Shown piece by piece: positions 45,887 through 51,837 of a DNA stretch of 51,837 nt (its first letter is position 1; every line of letters starts with the position of its first letter). The stretch comes from an uncultured Opitutus sp. (GTDB lineage: Bacteria > Verrucomicrobiota > Verrucomicrobiia > Opitutales > Opitutaceae): contig CAZENI010000003.1 in NCBI GenBank assembly GCA_964513055.1, forward strand, positions 1-51,837, written 5' to 3'. Made by a program: the position numbers and the translations under genes. Below the pieces are notes generated by a model, which saw only the letters and a program-made list of their open reading frames with translations, did not search any database and was not told where the DNA came from.

Positions 45887-46915
45887 ATGCGCCCCACCCG
45901 CCGCCGCTTTCTCACCTCGCTCGCCACCGCGTGCGTCGCCCCCCGCCTCCTGGCCCGCGACGCCGAACTCCCGATCATCGGCGAGGGCAAACATCGCTAC
46001 CGCTTCAACGACCGCTGGGCGAAGCTCCCCCCGCAGATCCAGTGGGGGCTCACCCACGGCGTGGTCGTCGACCGCCGCCGCCACGTGCACGTCTTCCACA
46101 CCTCGCGGAAGGAATCGCCTAGCAAGGACTGCGTCGTGGTCTTCGACCCCGCGGGCAATTTCGTCCGCTCCTGGGGCGCGCAGTTCTTCGGCGGCGCGCA
46201 CGGCTTCGATCTGGTCGTCGAGGAAGGACGCGAGGTCCTTTATCTCACGGACCTGCAGCGCGGCCTGTTCAAGATGACGCTCGACGGCGAACTGCTCTGG
46301 CACGTCGAGAAACCGGACTGGTATCGCGATCGGCCGGACCTAAAATACCGGCCTTCCAATGTCGCCGTCGGCCCGGACGGCGACGTCTATTTCTCCGACG
46401 GCTACGGCTCGTATCATATCCACCACTTCACGCGCGCCGGCCGCTACGTCCGCACGTTCGGCGGCCCCGGCGAGGAGGCGGGCCGGACGCAGCATCCCCA
46501 CGGGCTCTTCGTCGATCGCCGCGGCTCCGAGCCGTTGCTGGTCGTCGGCGCGAACGACCCCAAGGGCGAGAAGCCCGGCCGCCTGCAGGCGTTCAGCCTC
46601 GACGGCCAGCACCGCCGCTTCCTGCCCACGCCGGTGCGCTCCCCGCGCCATTTCGATCAGCAGGGCAAGCTGGCCGTGATCCCCGACCTCGACGCGCGCG
46701 TGACGCTCGTCGACGAAAACTACCAGACCGTGGCAAACCTGGGCGACGGCTGGACGACCAAGGCGGAGGTGCGCGCCCTCCGCACCAAGACGAGCGACCA
46801 CTTCACGCCGGGTAAATTCGTCTGCCCGCACGACGCCGCCTTCGATCCCGACGGCAGCCTCTTCGTCGCCGAATGGGTGGCGTATGGCCGCCTGGTGAAA
46901 CTGGAAAAAGTGTAG
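45887..46915 (+). CDS. Tat-exported NHL-repeat beta-propeller protein (peptidylglycine lyase-like)
   Basis: TRRRFL Tat signal; THGVVVD, GAHG, PSNVAVGPDGDVYFSDGYG, HPHG, FVCPHDAAFDPDGSLFVAEWV. Confidence 0.88.
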   Translation: MRPTRRRFLTSLATACVAPRLLARDAELPIIGEGKHRYRFNDRWAKLPPQIQWGLTHGVVVDRRRHVHVFHTSRKESPSKDCVVVFDPAGNFVRSWGAQFFGGAHGFDLVVEEGREVLYLTDLQRGLFKMTLDGELLWHVEKPDWYRDRPDLKYRPSNVAVGPDGDVYFSDGYGSYHIHHFTRAGRYVRTFGGPGEEAGRTQHPHGLFVDRRGSEPLLVVGANDPKGEKPGRLQAFSLDGQHRRFLPTPVRSPRHFDQQGKLAVIPDLDARVTLVDENYQTVANLGDGWTTKAEVRALRTKTSDHFTPGKFVCPHDAAFDPDGSLFVAEWVAYGRLVKLEKV

Positions 46916-46944
46916 GCCGCGATCGCCGCGCCGCCGGTCAGCGC

Positions 46945-47160
46945 TCAGCAACCGGCATACTCCGCCCCCGCCCGCGAAATCGAGAGCGAGTAACAGCCGG
47001 CGTGCAGCAGCCGCACGTGCGCCGGGGCGGCGGCATGCGGCGCCATCGACGCCCCCGGCAGCTCGCCCGTCTCGCCCGCAGCGATCAGGGGAAAGGGAGA
47101 CGCGGTCAGCGAAAACGGGGCGGCCGAGACAATCTGGAGCGCGAACGAAACGGAATTCAT
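46945..47160 (-). CDS. Possible small hypothetical protein (doubtful; not counted among the 34 CDS)
   Basis: ATG-started ORF filling part of a 600-bp gap; no recognisable motif. Confidence 0.2.
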   Translation of the reverse strand: MNSVSFALQIVSAAPFSLTASPFPLIAAGETGELPGASMAPHAAAPAHVRLLHAGCYSLSISRAGAEYAGC

Positions 47161-47523
47161 GGGGTCATCCTGCCACAGATTCGTTTCCCGCGTCATGGGT
47201 CAGTCGGCCCATCCGCAGCCGCCGGCAGCCGCGGCCCGACCGCGCAGGGCCCGCGCGCGGCCGCCGACAAATTCCACCGGCGGCCGACATCAGGGTTGTC
47301 ATTGCCCGGCCGCGACCTTTCTTCGAGTCACCCGCGACGCCGGTTTAGCCGGCGCGACCGAAAGTCCAGCCTTCCGTCCCCGGCAGTTACCGCCTCCGAA
47401 AGTGCGTCCGCTTCTTGAGCGCGCTTGGGCGACATCCTCCACGGCCTTGCCGTGAGCACGCCCATCCTCTCCGCCGACCGATTAACCTCCCGCCCGGCCA
47501 CCGCGCCGGGCGCCTCCAGCTCC

Positions 47524-50500
47524 ATGCGCATTGCCCTCCTGTTCTTCGCCGCGGCCGCGTTGGCCCACGCGAACGTCAATTCGCCCGCCGTGCCCTTCAC
47601 CACGAAGGAACGCACCCAACGCTACAGCGACCGGGTCATCGTCGCGAAGCCGCACGCCCGCCACCGCGGCACCGTCGACGCCTCGGAAGCCCGCGAGCGC
47701 GTGCGCGTGCGGAACAAACTCGAGCGGCTCGGCGACCTCCGCGTCATCGAGGTGGACGCCGGCGAAACCGTCGAGCAGGCGATCGAACGCCTGAAGGCCA
47801 CGGGCCGCTACGAGTTCGTCGAGCCCGACTATCTCGAGTCGCTGGACGCGACGCCAAATGACGCGAACTTCACCGCGCAGTGGTCGCTGCACAACACCGG
47901 GCAGCTCACCGGCAGCACCCCCGGCGCGGACATCAAGGCCGTCGCCGCCTGGGATGTCATCCGCGAGGCGCCCGAGGTGATCGTCGCGATCGTCGACTCG
48001 GGCATCAACACCACCCACCGCGACCTCGCCCCGAACCTTTGGCGCAATCCGGCGCCCACCTTCGGCGATGTCAACGGCGCCGCCTTCGTGCGCGGCGTGC
48101 GCAGCGGCACCGTCACCGACCTGAACGGCCACGGCAGCCACGTCGCCGGCATCATCGGCGCCGCCGGCAACAACACCTTCAACATCGCCGGCGTCGCCTG
48201 GAAGGTGCAGCTCATGGCGGTCCGGAACAGCGACTCCACCGGCACCTCCAGCTCCAGCGACAGCGCGGCGTGCATCGACTACGCGGTCTCCAAGGGCGCC
48301 CAGATCATCAACTGCAGCTTCGGCGGCGTGGCCTTCTCGCAGGCGATGATCACGGCCCTGCGCGCCGCGCGCGAGGCCGGCGTCATCGTCGTCGCGTCGG
48401 CCGGCAACGACGGCGCCGACAACGACGGCGCGCCCCATTTCCCCTCGAATTACCTGCTCGATAACATCGTCTCCGTCGGCAACTCGGGCCCGAGCGATCT
48501 GCCCAGCGGCAGCTCCGCGTTCGGCGGCCTGGTCGACCTGTATGCCCCCGGCACCTCCATCCTCTCGCTCGATCTGACCGCCACCGGCCAGGTCTCGCGG
48601 TCCGGCACCTCGATGTCCGCTCCGCACGTGACCGGCGCCCTCGCGCTGCTCCGCGCGCAGTTCCCCCGCGACACCGCCCGCCAGCTCATCAACCGCCTCC
48701 TGCGCGGCACCGCGCGCCTCTCCGCCTTCACCGGCCGCGCCCACTCGGGCGGCCGCCTCGACCTCCTCGGCGCGCTCACCACGACGACCAACCGGCCGTT
48801 CAACGACGACTTCGCGACGCGCGCCATCATCGTCGGCAGCGGCACGACGCTGCGCTCCAACAACACCGGCGCGACCGCCGAACCCGGCGAGCCCGTCCAC
48901 GCCGGCGTCGAGGGCGCGACCACGCTCTGGTGGCAATGGACTGCGCCCGCCCGCGGCTCCGCCGCCATCTCCACCAGCGGCAGCGGTTACGACACCGCCC
49001 TCGCCGTCTACACCGGCACCAGCGTCAACGCCCTGACCCGCGTCGCCGCCAACGACGACGCCGACGGCGCCACCACCAGCCAGGTCACCTTCGCCGCCGA
49101 ACTCGGCGTCACGTATCATCTCGCCGTCACCGGCAAGGCCGGCGCGTCCGGCCTGACCATCGTCAATGTCGGCACGGCGCCGCGGAACGACGATTTTGCC
49201 AACGCCACCACGCTCGCCTCCGTCGAGAGCCTGCAGGTCGCCGGCACCACCTTCCACGCCACGCTGCAGTCCGGCGAGCCGCGCATCGGCACCGTCGTCG
49301 GCGGAGGGTCGGTGTGGTTCAAATGGACGGCGCCGCGCGCCGGCCGCTTCCAGGTGGCGAGCTTCACGACGGCGTTCGACACCGTGCTGGGCATCTACAC
49401 CGGCGCCAGCGCCGACCGCCTCACGCTCGTCGCTGCGAACGACGACACCGGCATCGACGACATCAACAGCGACAGCCTCTGCACGTTCCAGGCGGCGGCC
49501 GGCGCCACCTACCATTTCAAGGTCGACTGCAAGGACCCGATGACGCGCGGCGACTTCACCCTCACCCTCACCGATTCCGCGTGGCAGTTCAGCACGATCG
49601 GCGCGATCTCCGGCTCCCCCTCCATCGCACCGGACGGCACGATCTACGTCGGCGGCGGCACGCCCGACCTCAACTTCTACGCGGTCCGGCCGGACGGCAC
49701 CTCGAAGTGGGCGTATCGCGCGCCCGGCGCGGTCAACAACGCCTCCGCCGCGGTCGGCCTCGACGGCACGATCACCTTCGGGGCCAACGACGGCACGGTC
49801 ACGACCCTCAATCCGGACGGCACCGTGCTCTGGCAGCGCGCGCTCGGCGCCGGCTCGCTCTCTGTCAGCCCGGCGCTCGGCATCGACGGCACCGTGTATC
49901 TGCACGGGACGGACGGCTACCTCTACGCGCTGCATCCCCGCACGGGCGCGACCCTGTGGCGCACCTTCGTGAATGCGCTCACCTTTGCCAGCGCCGTCAT
50001 CGCCGCGGACGGCACCATCTACCAGGCGTCGGATTTCGGCTTCCTCTACGCGCTGCGGCCCGACGGCTCGCTCAAGTGGCGCTTCACCACGAACGGCGAC
50101 ACGTTCTCGACGCCGGCCCTCGATGCCGCCGGGAACATCTACCTCACGACCTACTCCACGTCCTCGCTGCTCTGCGTCGCGCCTGACGGCACCCTGCGCT
50201 GGAGCTACACCACGCCGGTGCTCACCTTCATCTCGGGCTCGCCGACCTTGAGCGCGGACGGCACCGCCGCCTACTTCGGCGCCAGCGACCGCCACGTGTA
50301 TGCGATCAACACCGTCGACGGCTCGCTCCGCTGGCGCACGCTCCTGGAGAACACGATCCTCGCCAGCTCCCCCGCGGTCGACGCCAACGGCACCCTCTAC
50401 ATCGGCTGCTATGACAACCGGCTGTATGCGATCCACGGAGACGGCAGCATCCAGCGCCGGTGGGACACCGCCCTGCCCATCCGCTCCAGCCCGGCCATCG

Positions 50501-51702
50501 CGGGCCGCCGGCTCTATTTCGGCAGCGGCGACGCCAAGCTCTACGCGATCGACCTCGGCGCCGGACCGGCGGCCGGCACCTGGACGCAGTATCGCCAGAC
50601 CCCGGAGCACCGCGGCCGGATCAGCGGCGGCGCGCTCGCGATCGCGTTCCAGCCGCGACCGGTGTCCACGATCACAAGCCTGCCCCTGCTCCTGGCGGTC
50701 GGAGCCACGGGCCAGGATCCGATGCGGTTCCAGTGGTTCCGGGATGGCACGGCCCTGCCCGGGGCGACTCTCGCTAGCTACGCCGTTCCCAGCTCGGCGG
50801 CAGGCGACGCGGGCCTTTACAGCGTCTCCGTCTCGAACCCCCAAGGCACCGTCACGAGCGCCGCCGCCGCCGTCGCGCTCGAACGCCTCGACCCGCCGCG
50901 CCTCGCCAACTTCTCTCTGCGCGCCGTGCCCGGCACGGGCTCCCAGGCGATGGTCGTCGGCTTCAACGTCGGTCCCGGCAACGCCAAACCCCTCCTCGTG
51001 CGCGGCGTCGGGCCCACGCTCTCCACGCTCGGCGTCGGTGGCGCCCTGGCCGACCCGGTGCTCACCGTGACGACGGGCACGACGGTGCTGGCCACGAGCG
51101 ACAACTGGGTCGTCGACGCCGGCCTGGCCGCCGCCACCGCGCGGGCGCAGGCCTTCCCCCTCGACGCCGCCAGCCGCGACGCCGCGCTGCTGCGTCCGTT
51201 TGCGCCCGGCCGCTATGGCGCCGAGCTCGCCGGGGTGAACAACACCACCGGTGTCGCCCTGCTGGAACTTTACGAGACCGAGCCGGGCCCACCCGACGCT
51301 GCCACCCTGAGCCACCTCACCAATGTCTCCGCCCGCGGCCAAGTCGGGACGGGCGCGGCCATCCTCACCGCCGGCTTCACCGTGGTCGGCAACGTGCCGC
51401 GCAACCTGCTCATCCGCGCCATCGGGCCGGCGCTGAGCGCCTTTGGCATCACCGGCGCCCTCGCCGATCCCGTCCTCGAAATCTACCGCGGCAACACCCT
51501 GATCGCGCGGAACGACGACTGGCTCGGCAGCGCCGCGCTGACCACCGCCTTCGCCCAGGCCGGCGCGTTTCCCCTGCCGGCAACCAGCCTGGCCAATTCC
51601 GCCTTGGTGATCAACCTGACCGGAGGCGTCTACACCGCCCGCGTGACCGGCTTCGGCGGCGCGACCGGCGTGGTCCTGGTCGAAATCTACGAACTGCCCT
51701 GA
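47524..51702 (+). CDS. Secreted S8 subtilase with two PPC-like domains, PQQ/BamB-like propeller, Ig domain and twin Opitutaceae C-terminal domains
   Basis: ATG 47524, signal peptide; catalytic triad IVDSG / NGHGSH / SGTSMS; two NDDFA...W..WTAP...DT.L.(V/I)YTG repeats; repeated DGT/DGS..W blades; NxSxR...RxxGP...ExYE repeats. Confidence 0.94.
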   Translation: MRIALLFFAAAALAHANVNSPAVPFTTKERTQRYSDRVIVAKPHARHRGTVDASEARERVRVRNKLERLGDLRVIEVDAGETVEQAIERLKATGRYEFVEPDYLESLDATPNDANFTAQWSLHNTGQLTGSTPGADIKAVAAWDVIREAPEVIVAIVDSGINTTHRDLAPNLWRNPAPTFGDVNGAAFVRGVRSGTVTDLNGHGSHVAGIIGAAGNNTFNIAGVAWKVQLMAVRNSDSTGTSSSSDSAACIDYAVSKGAQIINCSFGGVAFSQAMITALRAAREAGVIVVASAGNDGADNDGAPHFPSNYLLDNIVSVGNSGPSDLPSGSSAFGGLVDLYAPGTSILSLDLTATGQVSRSGTSMSAPHVTGALALLRAQFPRDTARQLINRLLRGTARLSAFTGRAHSGGRLDLLGALTTTTNRPFNDDFATRAIIVGSGTTLRSNNTGATAEPGEPVHAGVEGATTLWWQWTAPARGSAAISTSGSGYDTALAVYTGTSVNALTRVAANDDADGATTSQVTFAAELGVTYHLAVTGKAGASGLTIVNVGTAPRNDDFANATTLASVESLQVAGTTFHATLQSGEPRIGTVVGGGSVWFKWTAPRAGRFQVASFTTAFDTVLGIYTGASADRLTLVAANDDTGIDDINSDSLCTFQAAAGATYHFKVDCKDPMTRGDFTLTLTDSAWQFSTIGAISGSPSIAPDGTIYVGGGTPDLNFYAVRPDGTSKWAYRAPGAVNNASAAVGLDGTITFGANDGTVTTLNPDGTVLWQRALGAGSLSVSPALGIDGTVYLHGTDGYLYALHPRTGATLWRTFVNALTFASAVIAADGTIYQASDFGFLYALRPDGSLKWRFTTNGDTFSTPALDAAGNIYLTTYSTSSLLCVAPDGTLRWSYTTPVLTFISGSPTLSADGTAAYFGASDRHVYAINTVDGSLRWRTLLENTILASSPAVDANGTLYIGCYDNRLYAIHGDGSIQRRWDTALPIRSSPAIAGRRLYFGSGDAKLYAIDLGAGPAAGTWTQYRQTPEHRGRISGGALAIAFQPRPVSTITSLPLLLAVGATGQDPMRFQWFRDGTALPGATLASYAVPSSAAGDAGLYSVSVSNPQGTVTSAAAAVALERLDPPRLANFSLRAVPGTGSQAMVVGFNVGPGNAKPLLVRGVGPTLSTLGVGGALADPVLTVTTGTTVLATSDNWVVDAGLAAATARAQAFPLDAASRDAALLRPFAPGRYGAELAGVNNTTGVALLELYETEPGPPDAATLSHLTNVSARGQVGTGAAILTAGFTVVGNVPRNLLIRAIGPALSAFGITGALADPVLEIYRGNTLIARNDDWLGSAALTTAFAQAGAFPLPATSLANSALVINLTGGVYTARVTGFGGATGVVLVEIYELP

Positions 51703-51703
51703 A

Positions 51704-51767
51704 CCGGGAACGTGCAGTTGCGGTGGAGTCTCTCGAATGAAAGGGAGCTTCAACTGCACGCTTCCGG
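51704..51767. repeat. Inverted repeat directly after the subtilase stop
   Basis: CCGGGAACGTGCAGTTG (51704-51720) / CAACTGCACGCTTCCGG (51751-51767): 10-bp perfect core, 17-bp imperfect arms. Confidence 0.65.
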
Positions 51768-51803
51768 CTCAGAGGGCGTCGAAAAAGGGCCCCGGCTCGG
51801 AAG

Positions 51804-51826
51804 GTAGGAGCCCGCTTGCGGGCGAT
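51804..51826 (+). repeat. GTAG-family REP sequence at the window end
   Basis: GTAG-GA-GCCCGC-TT-GCGGGC-GAT: GTAG tetranucleotide followed by a short palindrome. Confidence 0.7.
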
Positions 51827-51837
51827 TTCGCGGGCCT

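Noticed and set aside
49570-50560. Periodic GACGGC-containing DNA repeats
   Set aside because: They are explained by PQQ/BamB-like propeller blades (DGT/DGS..W) in the subtilase.
47482-51759. 1425-aa antisense ORF mirroring the subtilase; similar long shadows at 576-3593, 14948-17662, 22163-24991 and 36134-39523
   Set aside because: They lie antisense to well-supported genes, have no motifs, and are expected from stop-poor reverse frames in high-GC coding DNA.
1-51837. tRNA, rRNA, integrase or IS elements
   Set aside because: None were recognised by eye; tRNAscan-SE, barrnap and ISEScan were not run.

Overview
High-GC bacterial window whose gene content points to an Opitutaceae-like (Verrucomicrobiota) genome; this is inferred from protein families, not from a marker gene. 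I call 34 CDS. They include a PVC-type CxxCH protein, three TonB-dependent receptors, three LamG/DUF1080-like proteins, a PRMT-like methyltransferase, YkgJ, engB, mtnA, two DTW proteins, two sulfatases, TAXI and MFS transporters, DUF4159, a cNMP histidine kinase, phoD, tandem CmcH/NodU carbamoyltransferases, an NHL protein and a large subtilase. I saw no rRNA, tRNA, CRISPR array, integrase or transposase. The best candidate for an undescribed system is a more AT-rich two-gene cassette (31539-33806, minus strand). Both proteins carry a nucleoside-2-deoxyribosyltransferase/deoxyribohydrolase (TIR-like) domain, and one is fused to a prenyltransferase-like helical domain; it is a plausible anti-phage system. 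Also notable: an intact plus degenerate carbamoyltransferase pair, a coupled pair of predicted dead peptidases, a eukaryote-style PRMT-like enzyme, a SusD-less TBDR cluster, several REP-like repeats and a probably chimeric ORF at the left end. All family calls were made by eye from motifs and need HMM or structure confirmation. Many start codons were moved downstream of the ORF-track starts.
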